NCBI GenBank assembly: GCA_963666315.2
Contig: CAXXHG010000024.1
Span: forward strand, 86,598-150,597
DNA: 64,000 bases
Reading direction: 5' to 3'
Source of the DNA: Candidatus Binatia bacterium
GTDB taxonomy: Bacteria > Desulfobacterota > Binatia > Bin18
Below, piece after piece: positions 36,641 through 46,428 of the stretch. The notes under the pieces were generated by a model. It had not been told where the DNA came from. It made no database searches and was given only the letters and a program-made list of their open reading frames with translations. The translations under genes were made by a program, and so were the position numbers. How positions within the stretch are numbered: the first letter of the stretch is position 1; the number at the start of each line of letters is the position of its first letter.

Positions 36641-38097
36641 AGCGTGTGGTAGGGGCCGCCGGCCTGTGGGCCTTCCTCATCCTCTGTAATTCGGATGCAG
36701 GAGCGCTCTCTCCCCGTGAGATGAGGGTGCATGACGTCCTCGCTGAATGTCATGCCGCGTATCTGCGACTCGTCGACTATCAGGGGACGTTACGTCATGA
36801 GGTGTGGGAGGAAGGGGCCATAGCGCGCCATGACATCAGCGTCACGTTTCGTAAGCCGTCCTTTTTACACCTGCGTTGGCAAACTGGTCTGCATGCCGGA
36901 ACGATCCTGCTCGAGCGCCCCACACGCGTCCCAGGACCGATCTTGATCAGGTTAGGCGGCTGGTTTGAGTATATCACGGTGCATATCTCGCCGACGGAGA
37001 TCAGCGGCCTCTTTGCGCCTGCTTTGAAGGACGTGAACAAGTGGTTGTATGCGTTGCAGTACTTAGCGCAGCGGCCAGCCGCAGATCGCAGCTTGCAGCT
37101 GGTTGAACTGCATCCCGGAGATCCTCAGTTGGCCGAAGGGCGTGTCATTCTTTCGGTTCCCTCATTTCTTATCCCGCTATGGATTCGAGATGACACGGTG
37201 GACAGGTATGAATTCGTCATAGAACGGGGAACCGGGATTCCCTTTGAAATGGTGCTGCGCGGCGCGTCGGGTGAGGTCCGGCAACGGCTGACCTATATGG
37301 ATCTGCAGGTCAATATCGGTATTCCGCAGCAAACATTTGCGCGTGCCTATGACACTGTAGCGGGGAGCAATCTCCCCCGAACCGGCACGGACCTGGATGT
37401 GCGAGGTTTTACTCAGAGTTGGCAGCGACGCTCTGGCGAAATACGGGACTATACGGGCGTCTGGGTCACCGAGACGCGTCAAGGCAACCAACTCGTGCGT
37501 CGGCAAGCGGCTTTTAAATTTCGGAAGCCTTTTGATGTCTATATGATCTGGGATGGGGAGAGTGGTGAGCTACGGGAAACCCTCTTCCGTCAGGGCTGGA
37601 ATGGGGACCGGGTGCGGGTGCGGGCGTCGCTGTTCGGTCTTGCGGTGATCGGCGACCTTGCCCCAGATGGGTACTGGGTGCAACGGGAATCTCATTTCTC
37701 AGTCAAAGAATTTGGATTTGAGCGGATCGTTGAGCGCTTGCAGATCCAACAGGGATGGCTGCAGGGAGAACTGGAAATACAGTTTCGTGGCATCGAGAGG
37801 TATGATGGCCGCCCGTGTTATGTGCTTGAATACATCTTTCCCAACAGCCAATGGCGTGCGCATGCGTACAGCCGCGTTGTTGTCCATTGGGACATCGTCC
37901 ACCGCGTCCCGGTCAGACAAGAGGCGTATGACTGGAGTAATCAGCTCGATGTACGCTATGGATTCCAGGATTTGCGGTTTAATGCATCGCTCGATGATAG
38001 AGACTTTGACGCGGCAAACCCGGAGTACGGATTCCTCTTGTTCCGCTTGTTCCGCTCTATGCCGTGGCTCGATTGGTTCCTGACGGGACGTGAGTGA
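36637..38097 (+). CDS. Exported protein with tandem DUF1571-like (LolA-fold) domains
   Basis: Signal peptide; two repeats of DY.G...FRKP...W and Y.DL..N....F; ends DFDAANPEYGF; ATGA overlap with the regulator gene. Confidence 0.7.
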   Translation: MKRVVGAAGLWAFLILCNSDAGALSPREMRVHDVLAECHAAYLRLVDYQGTLRHEVWEEGAIARHDISVTFRKPSFLHLRWQTGLHAGTILLERPTRVPGPILIRLGGWFEYITVHISPTEISGLFAPALKDVNKWLYALQYLAQRPAADRSLQLVELHPGDPQLAEGRVILSVPSFLIPLWIRDDTVDRYEFVIERGTGIPFEMVLRGASGEVRQRLTYMDLQVNIGIPQQTFARAYDTVAGSNLPRTGTDLDVRGFTQSWQRRSGEIRDYTGVWVTETRQGNQLVRRQAAFKFRKPFDVYMIWDGESGELRETLFRQGWNGDRVRVRASLFGLAVIGDLAPDGYWVQRESHFSVKEFGFERIVERLQIQQGWLQGELEIQFRGIERYDGRPCYVLEYIFPNSQWRAHAYSRVVVHWDIVHRVPVRQEAYDWSNQLDVRYGFQDLRFNASLDDRDFDAANPEYGFLLFRLFRSMPWLDWFLTGRE

Positions 38098-39599
38098 TGG
38101 GCGAGGAGGCGGCGCTGGGTACGCCAGAAGCCGGCGCTAGCTGGGGCGTGGTCGGCCTCCTTTTGGCTGCGGTTGGCTTGGTTGCCTTTAATCTGGGTTA
38201 TCTTGACCTGTATAGTGCCTTTCTGCCGTTACTGTGTATCGGGGTGGTGTTGCGGGTGGAGGTTGGTCTCGACTGGTTCTTATCGCTCTTGCTGTTCGCT
38301 GTGACGAGCACGCTCTTGTACACGGTGGGATTGTTCGCCCTGCCGCTTATCGTCGGCGGTCTGGTTGCGAGTATTCCTGTGGCCCTGCTGCTGCGACGCT
38401 GGGGGGTTGAGGCTATACCCCAAACCGTCCGGGATGATACCCGACCGATGCGGCGCGTACTTGAATTGGCCGGCCTGTTGCTGACAGCGTTATTTGCGCG
38501 GTATATCGTCTACCGTTCAAGCGGTGGAAAAATTCCGATTCAGATAGGTGAATTTGAGGAGTTCGCGCGGTTTATGTTGAGTGAAGTGAGTGGCTGGATG
38601 GTCTTTGCCTTGGGCTATGGGGGGCAGCATCGCCGACGGTATGGATCGCTCTATACCAGTGGACTCGACTTTGCCAGCAGTTTTCCGACGATGGTGATAA
38701 CCGGCCTCTTTTTAGTGACTCCGTACGTTGCCCTTATGACGCTTGGGGTGAACACGTTTGGGATTGCCGGCCTGTATTTGGGCGCGTTACCGGTCGGTGC
38801 CGCGCACGTGCTGATGCGCACGCTGACACTGCGTAGAAAAGAAATCGAGCGGCAAAATAGCCGTCTCCAACGCATGAATGTGGATATGGCCCATAACGAA
38901 CGTATGGTGGCGATCGGGCAGATGTCCTCGACCATTTCACATCAAATTTTGCAGAAAATTGGACTCCTCGGCCTGCAGTGCGATCTCCTGCGTGTCACTC
39001 TGGATGAAGCCAGCTCGCCGACTACGGACGCGGGAGATGAGGCGCACGAGCGGCTGGAACAACTGGATGCCGCTATTACGGACTTGAATACCACCTTATC
39101 CGATCTGCTCGTCTTTTCACGGGATTTTGCCGTCCACTTGGAGCGTGGATCTCTTGATGCCCTGTTGCAGGAAGCCATCCAGGAGGTCCGTCAGGCTGCC
39201 CGGGCACGGAATATTGAGTTTTGCTATCAGTGTGAGGGTGAAGGCGAGGGACGCATACGGAGTATGTTATTTGATCGGATCAAGCTCAAGCAAGCGGTGT
39301 TAAATCTCTTAACCAATGCGATAGAAGCGTCGCCTGATGCCGGGATGATTACAATTTTGGCTCAGCCTCTGGACGATCAGGTGCAGATTGCTATCCGCGA
39401 TGAAGGGACAGGGATTCAAAGTGAGGTGCATGAGCAGATTTTCACGCCGTTCTTCACCACCAAAAAGACCGGATCGGGCTTGGGATTGGCCTTTGCCGAA
39501 AAAATTGTCGAGCTTCACTATGGCACAGTCGTGGCCCGGAATAATCCGGATCAAGGGGCAACGTTCACCATCACACTGCCGCTGACAGCGAAGATGTGA
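38094..39599 (+). CDS. Multi-pass membrane sensor histidine kinase
   Basis: About 7 TM helices; H-box SHQILQK; NLLTNA, DEGTG, FFTTK and GSGLGL. Confidence 0.9.
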   Translation: MMGEEAALGTPEAGASWGVVGLLLAAVGLVAFNLGYLDLYSAFLPLLCIGVVLRVEVGLDWFLSLLLFAVTSTLLYTVGLFALPLIVGGLVASIPVALLLRRWGVEAIPQTVRDDTRPMRRVLELAGLLLTALFARYIVYRSSGGKIPIQIGEFEEFARFMLSEVSGWMVFALGYGGQHRRRYGSLYTSGLDFASSFPTMVITGLFLVTPYVALMTLGVNTFGIAGLYLGALPVGAAHVLMRTLTLRRKEIERQNSRLQRMNVDMAHNERMVAIGQMSSTISHQILQKIGLLGLQCDLLRVTLDEASSPTTDAGDEAHERLEQLDAAITDLNTTLSDLLVFSRDFAVHLERGSLDALLQEAIQEVRQAARARNIEFCYQCEGEGEGRIRSMLFDRIKLKQAVLNLLTNAIEASPDAGMITILAQPLDDQVQIAIRDEGTGIQSEVHEQIFTPFFTTKKTGSGLGLAFAEKIVELHYGTVVARNNPDQGATFTITLPLTAKM

Positions 39600-39605
39600 G
39601 TGCGT

Positions 39606-40364
39606 ATGGCGGATTTGCAAGGAAAAGTCGCTCTGATTACGGGTGCGGGTCGGCGCATAGGGCGCGCCATAGCCCTGGCTTTAGCTCAGGCGGGGGCTGA
39701 TACGCTGCTGCATGTGCATACGTCGTCCGCAGAGGCGGTCCAAGGAGAAATTTCTCAACTCGGTCGGCGGGCGTGGATCGTGCGTGCGGATTTGTCACAA
39801 CCGGAGGCTGTGCGTCGCTTGGCCTGTGAAGCTCGGGAAGCAGCGGGCCGGATAGATATTTTGGTCAATAATGCTGCCGTCTTTTTCTCAACCCCAGTTT
39901 CTACACTGCGGTGCGCCGACTGGGAGCGCACCCTGCGTACGAACCTGTCCGCTCCGTTCCTCTTGTCCTTGTTAGTGGGCAGACATATGTACCGACAAGG
40001 CCGTGGAAAAATTATCTTTTTGGGAGATTGGAGTGGACAACGGCCCAGCCTAGAGTTTCTCGCTTATTGTGTCTCTAAGTCCGGTATACATGCCCTCACA
40101 CCGGCCCTGGCGAAGGCATTTGCTCCGCACGTTCAGGTGAATGAGATCGCACCCGGACCGGTGCTGGTGCCTGAAGAGTATGCAGCCAGGCAGCGTACAC
40201 GCATGCGCAAGAACACGCCGCTGCAGCGGTTTGGTGATCCGCAGGATGTCGCCCGAGTCGTTCGTTTTCTGGCTGAATGCGGGGACTTTGTGACGGGGGC
40301 AACCTACGGTGTGGATGGTGGCTGGTTGGCCAAAGGGGCGGGCGGAAGCGGGACGTCAGCATAG
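39606..40364 (+). CDS. Pteridine reductase-like SDR (FolM/PTR1/PruA type)
   Basis: TGAGRRIG, NNAAVF, GDW, YCVSK and VNEIAPGPVL. Confidence 0.8.
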   Translation: MADLQGKVALITGAGRRIGRAIALALAQAGADTLLHVHTSSAEAVQGEISQLGRRAWIVRADLSQPEAVRRLACEAREAAGRIDILVNNAAVFFSTPVSTLRCADWERTLRTNLSAPFLLSLLVGRHMYRQGRGKIIFLGDWSGQRPSLEFLAYCVSKSGIHALTPALAKAFAPHVQVNEIAPGPVLVPEEYAARQRTRMRKNTPLQRFGDPQDVARVVRFLAECGDFVTGATYGVDGGWLAKGAGGSGTSA

Positions 40365-41107
40365 GTGTGTTGGCACGGAGCCCCCGGCGCGAATTGGTAG
40401 ATAAAGCGACGCTGTGAGGCGGCATAGGCCAGCAGCGAAGAAGAGCAGGTGCCATACCCGTCAAGATGGACGCACAGTCCGTTGCGTGGATCAGTACTGC
40501 GCGGATCGAGTGGGGTGGCATGATCTGAGAGCAGGGTATGCAGTCTGTGGAAGAGTGCCGAAAGCGAAAAGGGCGTGTTGGTGAGTTGCCCCATTACATC
40601 TTGCACCTGCTGAAAGTGCTGAAAGGACTTGGCAATCCGCGGGCATTGGGGATCGTTGAGGTTGAGATTAGTGAGCAGGTGAACTCCGGGTTCTAGCTTT
40701 TGGACATGGACTCTGTCTGCAACCGGATGGACGACGTATGCGTCGTCCGCATCCGCTATCAAGAGGTTGAACGGATTATACCGCGTGGCTCGTTCAGCCT
40801 GTACAAAGTGGGCGGCCGCTTGCGCTGTTGTGTATCCCAAGGCGGCCAAACATAAGAGTCCGCGCGATCGGCGACGTGAATCCGGAGGCTCTGGGGTGTG
40901 ACGGTTGAGCAGGCCGGCAACAAGCCCGGATTGGTTTATTCCGAGCCATGTTCCTCCGGCCAATACGTCTTTCCCGCCAAAAATCCAGGGGGCTTCTCGG
41001 AGTAAGAGCGGCGGTGTAGAAGGCCGGGTGAGGGACTCATCGCGGTTGGCCGCGATGACGAGGGGATAGTCGGGAAAAACCTGAAAATACAAAGCCAGCG
41101 TACACAT
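40304..41107 (-). CDS. NRDE (TANGO2) family protein
   Basis: MCT start, AANRDE, GGTWLGIN, SRG, YNPFNL and YGT.SS motifs. Confidence 0.92.
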   Translation of the reverse strand: MCTLALYFQVFPDYPLVIAANRDESLTRPSTPPLLLREAPWIFGGKDVLAGGTWLGINQSGLVAGLLNRHTPEPPDSRRRSRGLLCLAALGYTTAQAAAHFVQAERATRYNPFNLLIADADDAYVVHPVADRVHVQKLEPGVHLLTNLNLNDPQCPRIAKSFQHFQQVQDVMGQLTNTPFSLSALFHRLHTLLSDHATPLDPRSTDPRNGLCVHLDGYGTCSSSLLAYAASQRRFIYQFAPGAPCQHTYADVPLPPAPLANQPPSTP

Positions 41108-41228
41108 ATTGCGCGCGCAAGTATAGAATGGACGCAGCGGCGCGGCAAGGGGGAAAACCTGTCTTCGCGTTGAGTTTCCAGACCCCCTATGATAGTGTCT
41201 GCGCGCGCATATCTGCCGAGGAGGAAGA

Positions 41229-42191
41229 ATGTTCGAATCCGTCGATGATGTCATCTCAAAATTCTCAGAACAGAAATATATTTGTAATCGACAAATTGCG
41301 ACCGTCGTGTATTTGGCCAGCCAATTGCGAAAACCCATACTGGTTGAGGGGCCGGCCGGGGTCGGCAAAACGGAGCTGGCGAAAGTTGTCGCTGGGGCCC
41401 TGGACTGTGAGTTGCTGCGCCTCCAGTGCTACGAAGGACTGGACGAAGCCAAGGCGCTGTACGAGTGGGAATACGCCAAGCAATTACTCTATACGCAGAT
41501 CTTGAAGGATAAAATTGGTGAGGTGCTAGAAGGGACTTCGACCTTGGCGGAGGCCGTTGATCGCATTGGGAGTCAAGACAGCGTGTTCTTCTCTGAACGG
41601 TTTATTCTGCCGCGACCCTTGCTGAAAGCGATTACCTCAGACCATGCTTTAGTGCTCTTAATTGATGAAATTGATAAAGCGGATAGTGAATTTGAGGCCT
41701 TTCTGCTCGAAGTACTGAGTGATTTCCAGGTCAGTGTGCCAGAGTTGGGAACCATAAAAGCCCGCCAGCTACCCGTTGTCGTCCTGACCAGTAATAACGC
41801 GCGTGAGATGTCTGATGCGCTGAAGCGACGCTGTCTCCACCTGTTCATCGACTTTCCGAGCCAAGAACAAGAGTTGGAGATTGTGAAGCTCAAGGTACCG
41901 GGCATCGCTGAGCAGCTGGCCGCAGAAGTGGTAGAGGTTGTGCAGTCGATTCGAAAATTAGATCTGAAAAAATTGCCGAGTATTAGTGAAACGCTGGATT
42001 GGGCCAAGGCCCTGACCCTGCTCAACGTCCATCGGCTCGAAGAAACGCTGGTCAACGAAACGCTCAACACGATCCTGAAATACGAAGGGGATGTGCGCAA
42101 GGCGGAAGCAGAACTCAAAGAATATCTCAGCCAAAAGAAAGCCAAGGCTGAGACGGTGCCAGCGCAAGACGGGAAAGATCTGCTGCACTGA
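41229..42191 (+). CDS. MoxR-family AAA+ ATPase (CoxD-like)
   Basis: EGPAGVGKT, RLQCYEGLD, LLIDEIDK, ALKRRC. Confidence 0.93.
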   Translation: MFESVDDVISKFSEQKYICNRQIATVVYLASQLRKPILVEGPAGVGKTELAKVVAGALDCELLRLQCYEGLDEAKALYEWEYAKQLLYTQILKDKIGEVLEGTSTLAEAVDRIGSQDSVFFSERFILPRPLLKAITSDHALVLLIDEIDKADSEFEAFLLEVLSDFQVSVPELGTIKARQLPVVVLTSNNAREMSDALKRRCLHLFIDFPSQEQELEIVKLKVPGIAEQLAAEVVEVVQSIRKLDLKKLPSISETLDWAKALTLLNVHRLEETLVNETLNTILKYEGDVRKAEAELKEYLSQKKAKAETVPAQDGKDLLH

Positions 42192-42213
42192 GGGGTGTGT
42201 GGCGAGAGATCCT

Positions 42214-43626
42214 ATGGACGATAAGATCATCGAGTTTGCGCATCTGCTGCGGCAGAACGGCCTCACGGTCTCAGCGGCGGAAAACATGGATACGTTTGCC
42301 GCGTTGGGACTGATAGGTCTGCGGGATAAAGTTCTCCTTAAAGACACGCTGCGGGCGACGTTAGTAAAACGCTTGGTCGATATTCCAGTTTACGACGAAC
42401 TGTTCGACATGTACTTCACAGGCATTGGGGAAGTGATCAAAGCGGCTGGGGCGCAGACCATGCAGGCGCTTGATATGACCGAAGAGGAATTTCAGAAGTT
42501 CCTCGAACAGCTCGAAAACGCGCTGCAGAACATGGGCGAAGAGCTGTCGGATTTGGCGCGTGCCTTACTGACCAATAATACGGGACAGTTGGCCAAAATG
42601 CTGCAGGAAGCTGCGCAGCAAGCGAATCTGCAGGACATCCAGCGTTCCTTTCAGGAAGGACAGTTTGCGAACGGTCTGGCGCAAATGATGGGCTTCGGCA
42701 CTATCACCCAGGAGTTGGCCAATCTCAAGGAGGCCCTGCAGCAGGCCGGGCTTAGTCCGGAGCAAATTGAGCAGCTGTCGCGGTATATTGATCAGCGTCA
42801 GGAAGACCTGGCGCATATGATACGCAGCTACGTGCGGGCTGAGTTAGAGAAGAAGGACTCGGAACTGCGGGAGCAGCAACGGGCGCGCAGTTTAGCCGAT
42901 AAAAGCTTCTATTATTTGTCCGAAGACGAAATTCGGAAAATGAGAGAGGCGGTGACCAAGCTTGCGCAGCGCCTTAAGCACGTTATTACGATTCGCCGCA
43001 AACGCGATAAACGGGGCCGATTTGATCTGCAACGTACGCTGCGGAAAAACCTCCAGTATGGTGGCGTCCCGTTTCATATCGTGCTCAATGTCCGCAAAAA
43101 AGAAAAACCGCAGGTTGTGATCCTGTGTGATGTGTCCGATTCGGTGCGCAACGTGTCTCGCTTTATGTTGCAATTCGTGTATTCCATCCAAGATTTATAC
43201 TCAAAAGTGCGGAGTTTTATCTTTGTGGCGGACATTGGCGACGTCACCAAGCTGTTTGAGGAGAATGAGGTCCATGCCGCTATCGATCTGGCCCTGAGAG
43301 GGAATTTCATCAATATCTACGCCCATTCTGACTTTGGGCGTGCCTTTAAGACCTTTCATCGTGATAATATGTCGATCATCAATAAACGTACGACCGTACT
43401 TGTTTTGGGTGATGCGCGCAATAACTACAACCTGCCACACGAATGGGTGATACGCGATCTACAGCAGCGGGCGAGACAGGTCATTTGGCTGAATCCGGAG
43501 AGTCGTCTGACATGGGGCTTTGGGGACAGTGAAATGGATCGGTATGCACCGTACTGTGATCTTGTTGAGGAATGTCGGAACCTCAACCAACTCTATCGCG
43601 TCATTGATAAACTCGTCACGGCCTAG
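42214..43626 (+). CDS. VWA domain protein (CoxE-like)
   Basis: CDVSDS MIDAS motif, LGDARNN, WLNPE, ECRNLNQL. Confidence 0.9.
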   Translation: MDDKIIEFAHLLRQNGLTVSAAENMDTFAALGLIGLRDKVLLKDTLRATLVKRLVDIPVYDELFDMYFTGIGEVIKAAGAQTMQALDMTEEEFQKFLEQLENALQNMGEELSDLARALLTNNTGQLAKMLQEAAQQANLQDIQRSFQEGQFANGLAQMMGFGTITQELANLKEALQQAGLSPEQIEQLSRYIDQRQEDLAHMIRSYVRAELEKKDSELREQQRARSLADKSFYYLSEDEIRKMREAVTKLAQRLKHVITIRRKRDKRGRFDLQRTLRKNLQYGGVPFHIVLNVRKKEKPQVVILCDVSDSVRNVSRFMLQFVYSIQDLYSKVRSFIFVADIGDVTKLFEENEVHAAIDLALRGNFINIYAHSDFGRAFKTFHRDNMSIINKRTTVLVLGDARNNYNLPHEWVIRDLQQRARQVIWLNPESRLTWGFGDSEMDRYAPYCDLVEECRNLNQLYRVIDKLVTA

Positions 43627-43688
43627 CTGCGATTGGCAATGGGAGCGCCAGGTGATACACTTTTATGAGTACACCCGAGGGAGGCGTA

Positions 43689-44207
43689 ATGGAGCGAGAG
43701 GGTTTCATAGAAATGAAAGTCAGCGGGCTGACACTTGATCCGGTGACGAAGACCCCAATCGTCATTTTGAAAGACGCTGAGAATAAGCTCAACCTCCCTA
43801 TTTGGATAGGCCTGATGGAGGCGACCTCCATGGCGACTGAGCTTGAGGGGATTAAGATGGCGCGTCCGATGACGCACGATCTCTTACGCAATATGGTTGA
43901 TGAGGCCGGTGGGACGGTGGAGGCGGTTGAGGTGACTGAGCTCCGAGACAACACGTACTATGCATCCATTTGCATTCACATAGGAGAGCGAAACATTGTG
44001 ATTGATGCGCGCCCGAGTGATGCGATCTCTCTCGCCTTACGAACCAAGAGCCCTATCTTTGTTGCCAAACAGGTCCTTGAAGCCTCGAGTGTCCTGCAGC
44101 AAATAGATGATAATCAGGAAGAATCGAATCTCTCGAATGTGTCGCGGGATAAATGGGCGGAGATGCTAGAGAAGATGTCGCCTGACGATTTCAAGTATAA
44201 GATGTAA
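43689..44207 (+). CDS. Bifunctional nuclease (DUF151) family protein
   Basis: LPIWIG..EA, RPMTHDL and IDARPSDAISLAL. Confidence 0.92.
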   Translation: MEREGFIEMKVSGLTLDPVTKTPIVILKDAENKLNLPIWIGLMEATSMATELEGIKMARPMTHDLLRNMVDEAGGTVEAVEVTELRDNTYYASICIHIGERNIVIDARPSDAISLALRTKSPIFVAKQVLEASSVLQQIDDNQEESNLSNVSRDKWAEMLEKMSPDDFKYKM

Positions 44208-44244
44208 TCGAGTCTAGGCCAAGACGCTGTCCGTCTGCATCGCT

Positions 44245-44907
44245 ATGGCATCCAAAAGAAAACAAGAGCTGTCCCCGTCATCCTATCCGTCGGCGAAATT
44301 CTTTGCTCTCCTGCAGAAGGCCTGGGCAGTGGTGGGTCTCTATAAACAGCAGGTGATCGTTGGTGGTGTGGCTCTCGTTCTTCTTGCCGCATCCTGGATC
44401 TCGTGGGTCGCCTGGGCGCAGTATCGTTATAGCGCAGGGCTCCAGCAATTGAGTGCCGGGATGGCCGCACTTGAGACACAGAATATTCAACAAGCGATCG
44501 ATCTGCTCAAAGAAGCCGGGCCGTCCCTCAGTGGTTCAGTGGCACAAGGCGTGGCGTTACTCTATCTCGGCGCGGCCTATGAGAAAGATGACCAGCTTGC
44601 AGAAGCGCAGGCGGTGTATGAGCGCAGCGCCCACGTGCGGAATAATCACGGGTATATTACGCAGGTGGCTCTGCTGCGACTGGGACAAGTGGCAGAGCAA
44701 GCTGGAAATTTTGATTCGGCCATGCAGTGGTATAGCGAAGCCGCGCTGATAGACCGGCCTGGTAAGGGGGAGGCGCTCCTTGCGCTTGGAGAGATTGCGG
44801 AACGCAATCAGGATGCGGCAACATCAGCGGCGTCGTACGAGGACTTGCTTGAGCACTATCCGGAATCGCCGCTTGCGGAACTGATCAAGGCCAAGACGCA
44901 GCGATAA
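44245..44907 (+). CDS. Membrane-anchored TPR protein (YfgM-like)
   Basis: Single TM helix followed by TPR helices, ending YPESPLA. Confidence 0.75.
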   Translation: MASKRKQELSPSSYPSAKFFALLQKAWAVVGLYKQQVIVGGVALVLLAASWISWVAWAQYRYSAGLQQLSAGMAALETQNIQQAIDLLKEAGPSLSGSVAQGVALLYLGAAYEKDDQLAEAQAVYERSAHVRNNHGYITQVALLRLGQVAEQAGNFDSAMQWYSEAALIDRPGKGEALLALGEIAERNQDAATSAASYEDLLEHYPESPLAELIKAKTQR

Positions 44908-44926
44908 AATTCTATCTTCTTCTTTT

Positions 44927-44954
44927 ACGTCTGATAAGATATATTTTGTCAAGT
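44927..44954 (+). other. dif-like XerC/XerD recombination site
   Basis: ACGTCTGATAA-GATATA-TTTTGTCAAGT fits the 11-6-11 layout of dif (E. coli GGTGCGCATAA-TGTATA-TTATGTTAAAT). Intergenic, and near an apparent G-rich to C-rich strand switch. Confidence 0.75.
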
Positions 44955-45539
44955 TATGGAACATGTCACATCAGACAGCCAAGAAGGAGACCTCGTAGCG
45001 TCGTCTTATCAGTAGGTGCTGCAGACCTCTATCCTCCTTTATTCTCCTTCAACAATCGCGCCGAACGGGAAAAAACACACTGTGGCAGAGCCGTTCGTGC
45101 TAAGCCGCATTAAAGCATGAACGAGCAGTCCCTTGTGTGGGCGAGAGATTCCCGATTTTTCACAAGCAAGAGTCTGCTGCGGGAGATCTGTCCTGATTGC
45201 CTCCGAGACGGTTCCGGAGGATATTTTAGGTATTCCTTAGTCTTGGGCCAAGTAAGAGGTCTTAGACTATGGACCGCTCAAACGGTGTTGGCGCCGTTGA
45301 GTGACGAGCCAGCTGTCGTAGGTCTTACCCGAACTGTGATATAGATCTCAAGGGCTGTCTGTGGCCTCCTCCCTTCGAAAATGTGGCAGAATCGAACTGT
45401 AGATGGGTCCTCAATTATTGGATGAAACGATAGAGAGACTATAGTCAAAAATAGCGATACGAGAAAATAACGCTTCATTTTGGATGCTAATTGTTCTTAG
45501 GTGATGTTGAAATAGTATGTGACGGTGGGAACTGTTATA

Positions 45540-45555
45540 TTTGACTATAGTCAAA
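45540..45555. promoter_or_regulatory. Perfect 16-bp palindrome, putative operator
   Basis: TTTGACTATAGTCAAA; the core GACTATAGTC also occurs at 45437 and 47256. Confidence 0.6.
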
Positions 45556-46163
45556 CATGCCACCGTTGACCACACCTTACTAGACAGGACAGGCGGAAAT
45601 CCAACCTCTATTCCCCCCCCTTTTTTTTTTGGTACTAAGGAGTTTCCAGTCGTCGCTCATAAGCATACTGAAAGTATGCTTATGACTCCTGAGAAGGGAA
45701 ATAAGGTAGCTTCGCTCCCTCCTGAGGGTACTCTTTCTACTTTTTTGACAGAACGTATGCCGCTGTTAGCCGTTTGGAAGGAACGGGGCAGTGGTTAGGG
45801 GTCGGAATTTTGGTCTCGCCTGCTCAATATTCCATCCATAGTTTGACAGCAATTTCATCGAGATACATTTGGAAGCCACGCCAATACCGGCGGAGGGGTG
45901 GGGTATGTATGCTATGCATATCAATGTCGTAAGAGATGGCGGCATGATCAGTGAGAAAAAACAGCTTAGCAATCCCTTCTCGATAGGGGGACTCTATATA
46001 CTTACTCTAGTGCTGAGTTTCGGATGTTCAGCTTCACCGAAGTTGTCGGTGAGCGTGCGCAAGAGGAGGTCGGTGCGCCGACGGCGGACAGCGGCTGGTG
46101 ATCGCACGCCCGACTTATAGTTTCATTGGTAAAGTTCTTACCTAACGGGCCGACATGGTCTTC

Positions 46164-46229
46164 GACGCCATGAGCGGGACCCTACTCCGGTCCACCCCCT
46201 TCCTACGTCTCGCTCATGGCTGTCTTTTT
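46164..46229 (+). terminator. Long hairpin followed by a T tract (terminator or sRNA 3' end)
   Basis: GCCATGAGCGGGAC-N26-GTCTCGCTCATGGC followed by TGTCTTTTT. Confidence 0.5.
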
Positions 46230-46428
46230 GCCCTACCCCGCCACTGTTGCCTGGCAGACCGGAGATGAAAGCAAGTGGCATCCGAAATTGTCACGCCCTG
46301 CCCTCTTTGTCTGGTGATGCTGGTTGCCAAATCCATCTCAAGGCATTCGCTATGGGACGTGTCGTTATTTGTAAAAGCACAACGAATCCGGCATGATGCC
46401 TATATGTTGTTGTTGAGGAGGTGTGGAG

